A stretch of 64,000 nt of DNA from an uncultured cyanobacterium (GCA_963766075.1 CAVYAN010000049.1:1-64000); one strand, 5' to 3'; counted from the stretch's first letter, positions 1-11,208 are shown. The notes: generated by a model from the letters alone, not told the origin. Numbers and translations: made by a program.

Positions 1-333
1 CAGCAGACAAGCGCCACCCAAGACAGGGTACTATTCCCGCAACCAGCCAATGACTACCCACCACCCCATGATGATGAAACCGATCTAGTCCGAGATTTAG
101 GGTGGCTCACCCTAGCCCTCTTCCTCGGTGTCACGCCCTGGCTCATGCCCTGGTATTCGACGAGTCTCATCGCGATCGCCCTCCTCAGCCGCCATGCCCC
201 CCACCTGTACCGAACCAGCCTAGTCTTTTGCCTATCACCGGGATTGGTGATAGGGGCCGCCGCCGGGGATGACCTCGGCAACCTATCCGTCGTCGCCCTC
301 ACCATAGACCGGCGATCGCCCTACTGTTTCTGA
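1..333 (+). CDS. 3' end of a membrane protein, possibly a GT-C-type glycosyltransferase (5' part outside the window)
   Basis: Frame 1 is open from base 1 to TGA at 331-333. It has hydrophobic segments LGWLTLALFLGVTPWLMPWY, and the PWY motif is common in GT-C membrane proteins. Confidence 0.45.
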   Translation, partial: QQTSATQDRVLFPQPANDYPPPHDDETDLVRDLGWLTLALFLGVTPWLMPWYSTSLIAIALLSRHAPHLYRTSLVFCLSPGLVIGAAAGDDLGNLSVVALTIDRRSPYCF

Positions 334-345
334 GGTTCTGGAGGG

Positions 346-403
346 AAACATGCAAAATTAACCCTTAAAAATGACGCATCCTGTGAATTAATTTTGCATG
401 TTT
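346..403. terminator. 16-bp inverted repeat between convergent genes, putative terminator
   Basis: AAACATGCAAAATTAA (346-361) and TTAATTTTGCATGTTT (388-403) with a 26-nt loop. The stem is AT-rich, so it would be a weak terminator. Confidence 0.35.
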
Positions 404-423
404 AATTCTGCATGTTTAATTGC

Positions 424-2664
424 TTAATAGCGCACACCCACCAACGGACGATAAAACGTAAAGCGATTTTTGCCCGCTTGCTTAGACTCATACATGGCTA
501 AATCCGCACCTTTGACTACGGTGTCTAGAGTCTTGCCATGGCTGGGATAAAGGCTAATGCCAATGCTAGTGGTGATCGTAATGGAATGATCTTTCAAAGC
601 AAAGGGAATGGCCAGCGTCGCCAGAATTTTCTCCGCAACTTTTTCCGCAACCTCTGACGTCGGGATACCGGGCAGAATGACCGTAAACTCATCTCCCCCC
701 AACCGACTGACGGTGTCACTGCCGCGCAGACAGCCCGTCATTCGTTTGCCCACAGCTTGCAGCAGTAAATCCCCAATGTCGTGGCCCAGAGTATCGTTGA
801 TCCGTTTGAAGCCATCCAGGTCGAGGAACATCACGGCCACTAAGCTGCGCCGCTCATCGGCCCGGACCAAGGCTTGGCTAAGCCGCTCGTAGAAGAGTTT
901 TCGATTCGGTAAGCCCGTCAGGGGATCGTGGTGGGCCAAATGGCTAAGCCGCAGGGCTGAGAGTTGCAATTCTTGATTAGAGCGCCGCAGTTCTAGGGTC
1001 GTTTGCTTAAGCTCTTCCTCCATCCGCTTGCGCTCGGTAATGTCGCGAATCACGCCAACGAGAAACACGTTGCCCGCCGCATCCCGGTGGAGCGATCGCT
1101 TCGTCGCAATCCGATGCAATCCGCCAAAGCGATCGGTAAAGTCCTCTTCACTTTCCTGGGCCTGGTCCACGCCATAGGCGTCCATCCTCAGGCCATGCCC
1201 GCCAGAGGCCGCCGCCCACAAGGGGTGCTGTACTGTCCCCGGTTCAGTTTCGCGGGGAAAAAACATGGTGCCATCGCCATGCTCCAATAATTCGCGGCGC
1301 GAGTACCCGGAAAACTGGCAGTAGGCTTCGTTCAACATAATCCAGCGGTGCTGGTCATCTTGAACAAAAACGGGGTCGGGAATAGTGTCAATCACCGTGC
1401 TGAGAAATTCCTTAGACCGCTTCAGTTCTTCCTGCTGTTGGGCAATTTGGATAGTAATCAGCACCGCCGACCCCACCATGGCGATCGCCGCAGGCACCAG
1501 CGGTATCCACACCCCCAGCCCAATCAACCCCCCATAGCCAATGCCGATCAAGCCCATGCCGGCCCCGACCATGGCTGGGGTGGACTTCACGGGCGATCGC
1601 AACCGCCAAGACACCACCGCACCCAAACTAGACCACACCACAATCCAAGCCCACTCCACCGGATCCGGCCACACCTGAATCAACCGTCGTCCATCCAGGG
1701 CCGCACTCACAATCTGGCTCACCAGATGCCCCTGCAATTCCACACCACTGATTTGGGGCGACAGAGCCGCACCAATCACGGGCCGGGTGTACGACGTATC
1801 AAAGAAATCCTTCAGGCTAACGGCGGTGGAACCAATCAGGACTAGGCGATCGCGAAACACCTCCGGCGACACCTGCCCCGCCAGCACATCTCGCATCGAC
1901 ACAATTCGCAACGTATTCGCTGGACCCCGAAAATTAGCCAAAAATTGATATCCAGCATCATCCACCCCCGCATAGCCACCATCGGTAGCCGCAAACCGCT
2001 GAAACACTACTTTGCCCAATTGCAGATCCGAAGAATGGGCTGCTGCCGCTGGTTTGATCCCCTGGGCTTGCAGATAGAGCCGTGCCAGTCGCAAGGCAAA
2101 ACTCTCATGCACTTGGCGATTCACCGTCCAGTACAGCATGCCTCGCCGAACTACACCATCTGGATCCACAATTGTATTATTAAAGCCAATCCGTCCCTGA
2201 CGACTCAGAACCGCCGGAGGAGGAACTCCTGGTCCTGTCTTATCCGGAAGTTGCTCAATCCCCACCAAGTTGGGTGTGGTTTGATACACCCTCAACAAGT
2301 CAGCCTGACCCGGTTCCACCGCTAAGTCGCGGTAAATGTCGAGGCCAATGGCACGGGGTTGATAGGTTTTCAGGGTTTGAATCAGCTTGGCCATGTGGGC
2401 ATCCGGAATCGGCCATTTTCCAAGCTGGCGCAAGTCTGCCTCATCAATCCCCACAATGACCACCCGAGCGTCCCCCGCGACCTGAGGCCGCAGTCGCACC
2501 GCATGGTCATAGGCTTGCCATTCTAAGGGCTGCAAAAAGCCCGCCATGCGACAGGCAATCACACAACCTGCAACCCCCGATGCCGTCCACCAGACCCGGC
2601 GATCGCCCCCTAGGCGTTTCCCTAGAGTAGTCCACAGTTGATTCAAACGGTGACGGGATAGCAT
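424..2664 (-). CDS. CHASE2-PAS-GGDEF diguanylate cyclase
   Basis: CHASE2 motifs (VVIVGIDE, AIGLDIYRD, DPDGVVRR, LVLIGSTA), three TM helices, PAS (IPDPVFVQD...GVIRDITERK), HDPLTGLPNR, intact RLGGDEF and an RxxD I-site (RGSD). Confidence 0.93.
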   Translation of the reverse strand: MLSRHRLNQLWTTLGKRLGGDRRVWWTASGVAGCVIACRMAGFLQPLEWQAYDHAVRLRPQVAGDARVVIVGIDEADLRQLGKWPIPDAHMAKLIQTLKTYQPRAIGLDIYRDLAVEPGQADLLRVYQTTPNLVGIEQLPDKTGPGVPPPAVLSRQGRIGFNNTIVDPDGVVRRGMLYWTVNRQVHESFALRLARLYLQAQGIKPAAAAHSSDLQLGKVVFQRFAATDGGYAGVDDAGYQFLANFRGPANTLRIVSMRDVLAGQVSPEVFRDRLVLIGSTAVSLKDFFDTSYTRPVIGAALSPQISGVELQGHLVSQIVSAALDGRRLIQVWPDPVEWAWIVVWSSLGAVVSWRLRSPVKSTPAMVGAGMGLIGIGYGGLIGLGVWIPLVPAAIAMVGSAVLITIQIAQQQEELKRSKEFLSTVIDTIPDPVFVQDDQHRWIMLNEAYCQFSGYSRRELLEHGDGTMFFPRETEPGTVQHPLWAAASGGHGLRMDAYGVDQAQESEEDFTDRFGGLHRIATKRSLHRDAAGNVFLVGVIRDITERKRMEEELKQTTLELRRSNQELQLSALRLSHLAHHDPLTGLPNRKLFYERLSQALVRADERRSLVAVMFLDLDGFKRINDTLGHDIGDLLLQAVGKRMTGCLRGSDTVSRLGGDEFTVILPGIPTSEVAEKVAEKILATLAIPFALKDHSITITTSIGISLYPSHGKTLDTVVKGADLAMYESKQAGKNRFTFYRPLVGVRY

Positions 2665-3074
2665 AGGCGTTCTGGCGTTCTAGAGAAGCTAAAAATCAGA
2701 TTTCAGAAAGGTTAACCCGAGGATGACGGCACGTATGGACTGCCAATCAATGGACTGTTAATACTTTGTGGTGGAACCGTGGTGGAACTGCGTAATCTCC
2801 TCAAGGTGCTTTTCTTATAGCCAAAAAGTAGCCATTCGCACATCCGAGAAATCGAGGAAAAGTTTTGTGAAATTCCCGACAACAATCGTGAAGTTCGTAT
2901 AATTTCCCGGATATCCGCAGCATTCATTCCGTAATTTTGCGGAAAATTTTATTTTCTATGGAAAATTCTTATCTGGATCTATACCGAGTCAGGTCAAGAC
3001 TTTCTACAATAGGGAGCCAGTAATTTCTTTTTCTTTCCAGTAATTTCTTTAAAGCTTCAGGAGCCTGTGTCTGC

Positions 3075-4262
3075 GTGACGGTCGTTAACTCTGACTTGCC
3101 CTTTGCCCCTTTGCCCCCCACGGGCTTATCCCCGACTGGATCTGCCCAACCCGCCAGCGACGGGGCGGCAATGCCCTTGCCCACCACCTCGCTCCAACGG
3201 CGGCGATCGCCCCTCGCCGCTCCAGCCTACCAGCGCCAAACTCTAGCAGCCCTGGATCTGGCCCACACGCCCCATCAGGCAAACTTTGAGGCCACCCTAG
3301 CCGCCCACCGACAACCGCTCCAACCTGCCCCCCTAGAAATCTTCCAAATCAACATTGGCAAACTGTGCAACATGACCTGTCGCCATTGTCATGTGGATGC
3401 TGGCCCCGATCGCACCCAGGAAAACATGGATCGCGCCACCATTGACGCCTGTTTGGACGTCCTTGACCGTACCACGGCCCATACGGTGGATATTACAGGG
3501 GGCGCGCCCGAACTGAACCCCCACTTCCGCTACTTAGTCGAAGCTTGCATAGCCCGAGGGAAACAGGTTATCGATCGCTGCAACCTCACGGTGCTGCTGC
3601 TGCCGCGAATGGAGGATTTGCCCGAATGGCTGGCCGCACGGGGAGTGGAAATTGTTTGCTCCCTGCCCCACTATCGCCAACGCAGTACCGATGCCCAACG
3701 CGGCGACGGTACTTTTGAACGATCCATCACGGCGCTGCACCGCCTCAATGCAGCAGGCTATGGCCAAGGCGATCCCCAGCGCCGCCTGACCTTAATGAGT
3801 AATCCCGTGGGGGCGTTCCTCTCTAGCGGGCAAGCCAAACTGGAGGCAGAATGGAAAACGGGTCTGTTGAAACACCACGGCATCACGTTTGATCGCTTGA
3901 TTACCCTCAATAACATGCCGATCTCACGCTACCTGGAATGGCTAGAAGCCTCGGGCAATTTGTCCCGCTATTTAGAAGTCCTGGTGAATGCTTTTAACCC
4001 TGCCACTGTGGCGGGGCTGATGTGCCGGAATACCCTTTCGATTGGCTGGGATGGCCGCCTCTTTGACTGTGACTTTAATCAAATGCTGGATCTGGACATG
4101 CAATTGCCCTACGGGACATCGTCCCAAGCGGTCCACATTCGCGATCTACACCCGCAGCAGTTGGCCCAGCGCCAAATTGTGACCGGGCGACATTGCTTTG
4201 GCTGTACAGCAGGCAATGGAAGTTCCTGCGGCGGAGCGATCGCCGAATCCGGAATTGCCTAA
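3075..4262 (+). CDS. Radical SAM protein, arsenosugar biosynthesis ArsS / DUF3641 family (start uncertain)
   Basis: CNMTCRHC (CxxxCxxC), DITGGAPELNP, DCDFNQML and C-terminal HCFGCTAGNGSSCGG. Confidence 0.85.
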   Translation: MTVVNSDLPFAPLPPTGLSPTGSAQPASDGAAMPLPTTSLQRRRSPLAAPAYQRQTLAALDLAHTPHQANFEATLAAHRQPLQPAPLEIFQINIGKLCNMTCRHCHVDAGPDRTQENMDRATIDACLDVLDRTTAHTVDITGGAPELNPHFRYLVEACIARGKQVIDRCNLTVLLLPRMEDLPEWLAARGVEIVCSLPHYRQRSTDAQRGDGTFERSITALHRLNAAGYGQGDPQRRLTLMSNPVGAFLSSGQAKLEAEWKTGLLKHHGITFDRLITLNNMPISRYLEWLEASGNLSRYLEVLVNAFNPATVAGLMCRNTLSIGWDGRLFDCDFNQMLDLDMQLPYGTSSQAVHIRDLHPQQLAQRQIVTGRHCFGCTAGNGSSCGGAIAESGIA

Positions 4263-4319
4263 AGCTCCAGAGAATGTAGTAACAGGAGTCCGGAATTCCA
4301 GGAAGCACAGGGAGCGCAA

Positions 4320-5003
4320 ATGCAGGGAGCGCAAATGCAATCAGATGAGTCAGGCCGCAGGCCCCGCGTAATTTTTTTAGATGCCGTCGGCACCTTGTTT
4401 GGCATCAAGGGCAGTGTGGGTGAGGTGTATAGCCAGATTGCCCAACAGCACGGTGTCAACGTGGATGCGGCAGCGTTGAACCGAGCTTTCTTTACCAGTT
4501 TTCGGGCAGCGGGTGCCCCCGCATTTCCCCACGTGGACAATACCGCCGAACTGCAAGCTCAGGAATTTGTCTGGTGGATGGGGATCGCTCGCCAAACGTT
4601 TCAGCAGACGGACAGTCTCCAAAAATTTCCTGACTTCGCGGAATTTTTCGCCGATTTATACCAGTACTTTGCTACCGCCGCCCCCTGGGTCGTGTATGCC
4701 GATGTGCGTCCGTGCCTACAACAGTGGCGGCAAATGGGCATTTCCCTGGCCGTCCTCTCCAACTTTGACTCCCGCCTCCATGCCGTCCTGCACGCTCTGG
4801 ATTTGACCCCATTTTTTGCCTCGGTCACCCTTTCGACCGAGGCGGGCGTGGCCAAACCCGATCCGCAGATCTTTGCGATCGCCCTGCAGAAACACCTGTG
4901 TCAACCGGATCAGGCATGGCATATTGGCGACAGCTATGAAGAAGACTATCAGGCCGCGCGATCAGCCGGATTACGGGGAATTTGGTTAAAGCGGCAAGCG
5001 TAG
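4320..5003 (+). CDS. HAD-superfamily hydrolase (REG-2-like, subfamily IA)
   Basis: FLDAVGTL, LSNFD, KPDPQIF and HIGDS...D motifs I-IV. Confidence 0.9.
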   Translation: MQGAQMQSDESGRRPRVIFLDAVGTLFGIKGSVGEVYSQIAQQHGVNVDAAALNRAFFTSFRAAGAPAFPHVDNTAELQAQEFVWWMGIARQTFQQTDSLQKFPDFAEFFADLYQYFATAAPWVVYADVRPCLQQWRQMGISLAVLSNFDSRLHAVLHALDLTPFFASVTLSTEAGVAKPDPQIFAIALQKHLCQPDQAWHIGDSYEEDYQAARSAGLRGIWLKRQA

Positions 5004-5063
5004 CCAGGAGCCGACAAGCGCACGCTCTAAACCACCCTCCCCAGGGCGATCACCCCAGGGCGA

Positions 5064-5774
5064 TCATAGGTTGGCAGCCCGCGCAAGGCGGTATTTGACC
5101 AACACCGCAGCGGTATAAGTCTGAATCGTAGGATAAGGGGTACCTGCCCAAGTCTGGGACTCCGTGGAATCGTACAGATCGGCGCGTCCAGCATACCAAC
5201 GACTGGCCACCCGGCGTACTGCCAAATCTTCATCTCCACCACTGGCCAATTGTTCCTCGGCCCAAAACTCAGACAGTTTGCAGTCAATCAGTTGCACTTG
5301 CAAACCATGATCAGCTAGAAATTCCTCTGGAGAAAGAACGGTCCCTAAGCACTCCTCGCTCCATAGGGGCAAGTTCTCCGGCATAACTTGAGCTAACCCT
5401 AGGGCACCCGATCCATCCCAATTGAGGGTGCTATGTTCTCCGAAACTTTCTTGACCAATGATGGCGGCGCGGAGGTCCTGGATCACGGGGCGAGCCGATG
5501 GACTAGGCGAGGCAGCGGCGATCCCAGGGATGGTGCTGGCCCCAAGCGTGGTCGCCAAATAGCTTCCACCGATAAACAGCGCCGTGGCAGTCAGAAAGTC
5601 AACGATGGCAGCTTGCTGCTGCCGCGCCCGCACCCATGAGCGCGCCCGCTTGAGCCGTTTGGCCTTGTAAAGGGGCGGCAGGGGACCACCCACAAGATCT
5701 TGCTCTCTCAGCCGTCGGGCGGCGAGAGAGGGGCGAAACTTGAGTTTTGAGGGAGGGAGCGATCGCCGAGGCAT
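5064..5774 (-). CDS. Membrane-anchored lysozyme / lytic-transglycosylase-like protein
   Basis: Basic N-terminus and one TM segment, then AIIGQES (catalytic ES motif), GALGLAQVMP and a WYAG/YxxxV C-terminal motif typical of the SLT-like fold. Confidence 0.65.
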   Translation of the reverse strand: MPRRSLPPSKLKFRPSLAARRLREQDLVGGPLPPLYKAKRLKRARSWVRARQQQAAIVDFLTATALFIGGSYLATTLGASTIPGIAAASPSPSARPVIQDLRAAIIGQESFGEHSTLNWDGSGALGLAQVMPENLPLWSEECLGTVLSPEEFLADHGLQVQLIDCKLSEFWAEEQLASGGDEDLAVRRVASRWYAGRADLYDSTESQTWAGTPYPTIQTYTAAVLVKYRLARAANL

Positions 5775-6272
5775 TTTTCAGCAAAAGGATATAAATTACG
5801 AATAACTCTAGCGACTGAATAAATTTAGCACCCGGAGCAGGGAATATTAAGACCTGTGAAATTAGACCGAACTCGCTAGAAAAGGGAACAAGACTATCTC
5901 AATTCAATCCGAGTATTATTTACCATAAATGGGGGAGTTATGTCTAAATAAAATCCGTGTAATCCTGATTATGATATGATCCCAGCCGTTAATTACCGAC
6001 AAATCCCACTTCATTCTGTAGAAAAAATACGACAAAAATCGCTAATTTCTACAGTACGTACCCCCAGAAATCTGACTTACGCTCTATCCCAAAGTCCCTA
6101 GCTTCATGTACTTGCCTTAAAACAATATAAAGAGCTATTACTTTTCACCTCAAAGCATGAATTCTGACACGCATTTCCCAGGATGCCGCTTAGGCTGGGT
6201 TTTTAAGAGGGTAATGATCCCAATGAACTCCTTCTGGCCCTGATGCTGGCCCCTATTCTGGGAGATGTGTTG

Positions 6273-6947
6273 ATGCAGGTGAATGAATTACTCCGACGCT
6301 ATGAAGCGGGCGATCGCAACTTTTCTGGCGTTGATCTGCGCTGTGCTAATCTCAGTCGCATCACACTGGTGAACGTCAACCTAGAGGGCGCAAATCTCAT
6401 CGGCGCAAACCTCAGCCGCACGTTTTTAACCCGGTCTAATTTGCGCGGTGCTTTCTTAAACTGGGCCGATCTGCGCTACATCAAATTCAGTGATGGTAGT
6501 TTTGTCCAAGCCAACCTGACCAAAGCCAATCTGGCAGGGGCTTTCATGGTGAAAGCTAACCTGACCCACGCCCAACTGAGTGGCGCAAATTTAAACGGCG
6601 TCAATTTACGAGAAGCAACCTTGAATCACGCCAACCTTTGCGGTGCAGCCCTCCAAGATGTCAATCTGCGGAATGCTGAGCTAAAGAGCGCTAATCTGAA
6701 CTGGGCAAATTTGCGGGGCGCTCGATTGAGTGGAGCCTTGCTGCAAGGGGCTTCTTTACACGAGGTCAACCTAGCAGAAGCCTATCTCAGTGAAGTGAAT
6801 TTTCAGGGTATGAATCGGCGGGGAATTCACTATCGCACCGCGCGCCCGGACAACTCGAGCTTTGCCGAGGATGAAGATGAGTCTGAGGCAGGCTTCTCTA
6901 AAGCTCCCGCCTTCCGAGGACTTCCGAACGCCGCTGCGGTAGAGTGA
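6273..6947 (+). CDS. Pentapeptide repeat protein
   Basis: ELLRRYEAGDRNF cap followed by many A(N/D)Lxx repeats. GGAG lies upstream of the ATG at 6273. Confidence 0.92.
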   Translation: MQVNELLRRYEAGDRNFSGVDLRCANLSRITLVNVNLEGANLIGANLSRTFLTRSNLRGAFLNWADLRYIKFSDGSFVQANLTKANLAGAFMVKANLTHAQLSGANLNGVNLREATLNHANLCGAALQDVNLRNAELKSANLNWANLRGARLSGALLQGASLHEVNLAEAYLSEVNFQGMNRRGIHYRTARPDNSSFAEDEDESEAGFSKAPAFRGLPNAAAVE

Positions 6948-8427
6948 CGGTGACCGTGGTGCCCTGGTGCAGAATGCTGTCGATCTGAATTTGGCCTTGA
7001 TGGTTATCCACGATGGCTCGGGCGATCGCCAATCCCAGTCCAGACCCTGCCCCCGATCGCGGGGTCCGTGCGGGATCAACCCGATAGAAGCGATCAAACA
7101 ACTGCGGCAAAGCTTCGCTAGGGATGCCAATCCCTGTATCCTTAACGGTGACTTGTAAGGTGCTATGGTCCTGCCGTCCCGCTCGCTGTAAGACTACGGC
7201 AATCTGCCCCCCTGTTGGGGTGTATTGCACCGCATTGCCAACTAGATTGGTGAATAACCGGGCCAGTTGATCGCGATCGGCCACTAGATGGGTCCAGTCC
7301 TGCTCCGGCTTCAGGGCCACGTCTTGAGAGGCCGCTTCTTGGGAGGCTGCTTCTTGGGAAGCCAATACTTGGGTGAGCGGGGCAGGGGCTGGCGCTGCAG
7401 GAATTTCCCATCCCACAGAAGAAATATTGCCACTTAAGAGCTTGGATGGCGCGTCTTTAGAGAAAGCGTCTAGAACCTGGAAAGCCAGGGCAATACCCTT
7501 GGTTTCAGCGATCGCCTGTTGCTCTTCCACAACATCCTTCAGTAAACCCAACAAAGACAAATTGGTCCATTGCGCCTGCACAATCCCGCTATCCTGGCGC
7601 GCCAGAAACAATAGATCGTCCACCAAACGTCCCAAGCGACGGGTCAACCGCTCCACGACCTTCAGATGTTGCTGCTGCATCAGAGGATCCGGATCCGGAT
7701 CCGCCAAAGCCACCTGCACATTGGTTTGAATAATCGCGATCGGGCTACGCAACTCGTGGGACGCATCGGCGGTAAACTGCTTGAGCCGCTGATAGGAATC
7801 CCGCACCGGCTGCATGGCCAAACCGGACAAAAACCAACCAATGGCCCCCACCGTCGCCACCATCAGCCCTGTTCCCAGGCTCAAATCCACAATTAACTGA
7901 CGAGTGGGCAATGTCACTTCAAACCAGGGATGGCTCACGCGCAAATAGCCCAATAACTGGTGATCGATCTCCAATCGTTGGGTCACCTGGCGCAAAATCA
8001 GCGGTTCCGTAACGCTGTGCGGCGGCGGCAAGGTCAGCAAATGTGGCAAGGATGGCGTCACGTAAACCGTTTCACCATTACTCGCATGCAGAGGAATTTC
8101 CAGTGGCTCCGCCAGAGTAGACCACTGGAGGTTACCCGCGGGATTAAACCACTCCAGATCAATATGGTCATCCTCTCCCGTAGCCGCATTATCCCGAAAG
8201 CTGGCTTCCACATTCACCCGCAGCAAGCCGTCATCCACGAAGGGGTGCAGTGGTTCAATCACCAGCGATCGCCCCATCACCTCCACCACATGGCTCAGCG
8301 TATCGTCAATCCGCTCAATCAGCGTACTGCGCACGTACCAATAAAATCCACTGGCAAACAGGAGCAGCAAAATCGCCGTTACCGTCGTATACCAAAGCGC
8401 CAATCGGCGACGAGTTGCTTGAAACAT
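6898..8427 (-). CDS. Two-component sensor histidine kinase, ManS-like
   Basis: Starts MFQATRRRLALWY, two TM helices, H-box FTADASHELRSP, N-box NLVGNAVQYT, DTGIGI, FDRFYRVD and GSGLGLAI. The ManS assignment is from recollection of the N-terminus only. Confidence 0.85.
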   Translation of the reverse strand: MFQATRRRLALWYTTVTAILLLLFASGFYWYVRSTLIERIDDTLSHVVEVMGRSLVIEPLHPFVDDGLLRVNVEASFRDNAATGEDDHIDLEWFNPAGNLQWSTLAEPLEIPLHASNGETVYVTPSLPHLLTLPPPHSVTEPLILRQVTQRLEIDHQLLGYLRVSHPWFEVTLPTRQLIVDLSLGTGLMVATVGAIGWFLSGLAMQPVRDSYQRLKQFTADASHELRSPIAIIQTNVQVALADPDPDPLMQQQHLKVVERLTRRLGRLVDDLLFLARQDSGIVQAQWTNLSLLGLLKDVVEEQQAIAETKGIALAFQVLDAFSKDAPSKLLSGNISSVGWEIPAAPAPAPLTQVLASQEAASQEAASQDVALKPEQDWTHLVADRDQLARLFTNLVGNAVQYTPTGGQIAVVLQRAGRQDHSTLQVTVKDTGIGIPSEALPQLFDRFYRVDPARTPRSGAGSGLGLAIARAIVDNHQGQIQIDSILHQGTTVTVTLPQRRSEVLGRREL

Positions 8428-8575
8428 AGCGATCCGTTGTGTCGAGAGGGAAAGAGAAGAGCGGCGGACGGGCGCTGGGTTCTGGGTCGCGGTCCACTGA
8501 GCGGCAGTGCCAAACCCCTCCAATTCTGGGCTTAACTCTGGTACTATAGCGGGGTTGTTGAGTGCGTAACCGTCG

Positions 8576-9079
8576 TTGAGCCAGTCTATTAATCTACCCA
8601 AGGTAGATGATTTTCTTCAGGAACTCGCTACCATCCAGCAAACAGGCTCCAAGCGCATCGCTTTGCTGGGTTCTCGCCATGTCCCAATTACTCACCAAGC
8701 CCTCATTGAGGTGATGAGCTACGCCTTGGTGCTAGAGGGAAATCGTCTAATTACTTCCGGGGCTACCGGGACTAATTTTGCCGCCATTCGGGGTGCCCTG
8801 CGAGCCGATCCGTCCCTGCTGACGGTTATTCTACCGCAAAGTTTAGATCGCCAACCCCGCGAATCCCGTGATCAACTCGAACAGGTCATGCACCTGGTAG
8901 AAAATCCTGGCAATAACGCCATGTCCCTAGGGGAAGCCAGTTCGGTCTGCAATCAAGAAATTATTTCCCGCTGTCAGCAGCTCATTTGCTTTGCGTTTCA
9001 TGATAGCCATACGCTATTGTCCACTTGTCGCGATGCAGAAGAACAGCGCAAAATTGTGACGCTCTTCTATTTTGACTAA
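8576..9079 (+). CDS. Conserved cyanobacterial protein, DprA/Smf-like (SLOG) Rossmann fold
   Basis: IALLGSRH, LITSGATGTN and ICFAFHDS motifs. TTG start. Confidence 0.75.
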   Translation: MSQSINLPKVDDFLQELATIQQTGSKRIALLGSRHVPITHQALIEVMSYALVLEGNRLITSGATGTNFAAIRGALRADPSLLTVILPQSLDRQPRESRDQLEQVMHLVENPGNNAMSLGEASSVCNQEIISRCQQLICFAFHDSHTLLSTCRDAEEQRKIVTLFYFD

Positions 9080-9277
9080 TGTCTCATTAGAGGCTCATTG
9101 AATAGCTCTTTTCCCGCTCTCTTTTGCCGGATATCTTGCGATGTCTCTGGATATTTTCGATGTCTCTGGTGTTGGATATCTGGTGAATGTCTATTGTGCT
9201 GAATGCCTTCAATTCCAAAGGCGTGACTGATTGAAGGACGGTGTTTCAGTCACAAATCCACAGGCTCTTCAATTCCC

Positions 9278-10039
9278 ATGTCAATGAAACCCCGTAGTAC
9301 AAACGCCTCCACCCCCACCGCACGGGCAAACCAGGCAGAGCAAGAGTTGGCCCAAGCCCTCGCCTTGCTGGCACAGGAACGGCAGCGATCGCAAGTCCTC
9401 ATCGCCAAACTCCAGGAGCACAACATTCCCCTGGATTTTCTCGCGCCTCTGGAACCTCCTACGCCCCTGGAGGCTCTCGCATTGCCCACTCTGGCCCACG
9501 CCGTCAGCCCTACCACACCAACAACTGCGGCAGCGTCTGCCATGCCAACGGCTGGAACTCCCAACTCAATTCAAAGCATCTATACCGACGGAGCCTGTTC
9601 GGGTAATCCAGGCCCGGGGGGTTGGGGCACAGTTATTTACTTTGCCGATGGATCCGTGCGGGAATTGGGGGGTTACGCCCCGTCTACGACAAATAACCGC
9701 ATGGAAATGCAAGCGGCGATCGCAGCCTTAGACTTCATCCTAGCCTCTGGACAAACCCTCCCCATCGTGTTGCTCACCGACAGTGAGTATGTAAAGAACG
9801 GTATCACTAAATGGATTAAAGGCTGGAAGCAAAAAGGCTGGAAAACCTCCACGGGCAAGCCTGTGTTGAATCAGGATCTCTGGGAAGCACTGGATGAGCA
9901 ACACCTTCAGGTCAATCGCCAGCTTACCCGCCCATTGGAGTGGCAATATGTGCGGGGACATGTGGGCAATGTGGGCAATGAGCGTGCCGACGCGATCGCC
10001 CGTGCCTTCTCCCAGGGTAGAACGCCCAACTTGGCATAG
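9278..10039 (+). CDS. rnhA: Ribonuclease HI with N-terminal extension
   Basis: IYTDGACSGNPGPGGWG, TTNNRME, TDSEYV, WKxxGWKT, NQDLW and VRGH.GN.GNERAD. Confidence 0.93.
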   Translation: MSMKPRSTNASTPTARANQAEQELAQALALLAQERQRSQVLIAKLQEHNIPLDFLAPLEPPTPLEALALPTLAHAVSPTTPTTAAASAMPTAGTPNSIQSIYTDGACSGNPGPGGWGTVIYFADGSVRELGGYAPSTTNNRMEMQAAIAALDFILASGQTLPIVLLTDSEYVKNGITKWIKGWKQKGWKTSTGKPVLNQDLWEALDEQHLQVNRQLTRPLEWQYVRGHVGNVGNERADAIARAFSQGRTPNLA

Positions 10040-10379
10040 CCCCTTGACCAAATCAATCCAGGTGCCCTAGGGGCAGTCCAGCACCCAGTGTGACCACCAC
10101 CATTTACTTGCCTAAATTCCGAGCCATCGGAATCATCTGCGCCATTTTGCAAGCTTTTTCGTAAAGTTATGTAACCGAATTGATGAGTGAATAGGCAGAG
10201 AAGGCGGCGTTTATTTGGATAAATGTAACTAAATATGTCAAATCACTAAATTTTTGCGAACCATTAAGGCTTTTACTTAACGTTCCGCAAAAAACATCAC
10301 ACTTGGCGGCACTATACGTACTTATCGCTGATTAATCGGCGACTCCGAAGTTCTCCCCCAATTCGCGTAACCCCGTTGC

Positions 10380-11164
<785 letters not shown>

Positions 11165-11208
11165 CTAGGCCCTGCGAAGGCGAAATCGCCTGCCCCCTCA
11201 GCTCCCCC

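Noticed and set aside
6018..6030. NtcA site upstream of the pentapeptide gene
   Set aside because: The spacing is GTA-N7-TAC rather than N8. No convincing site was seen upstream of narB either.
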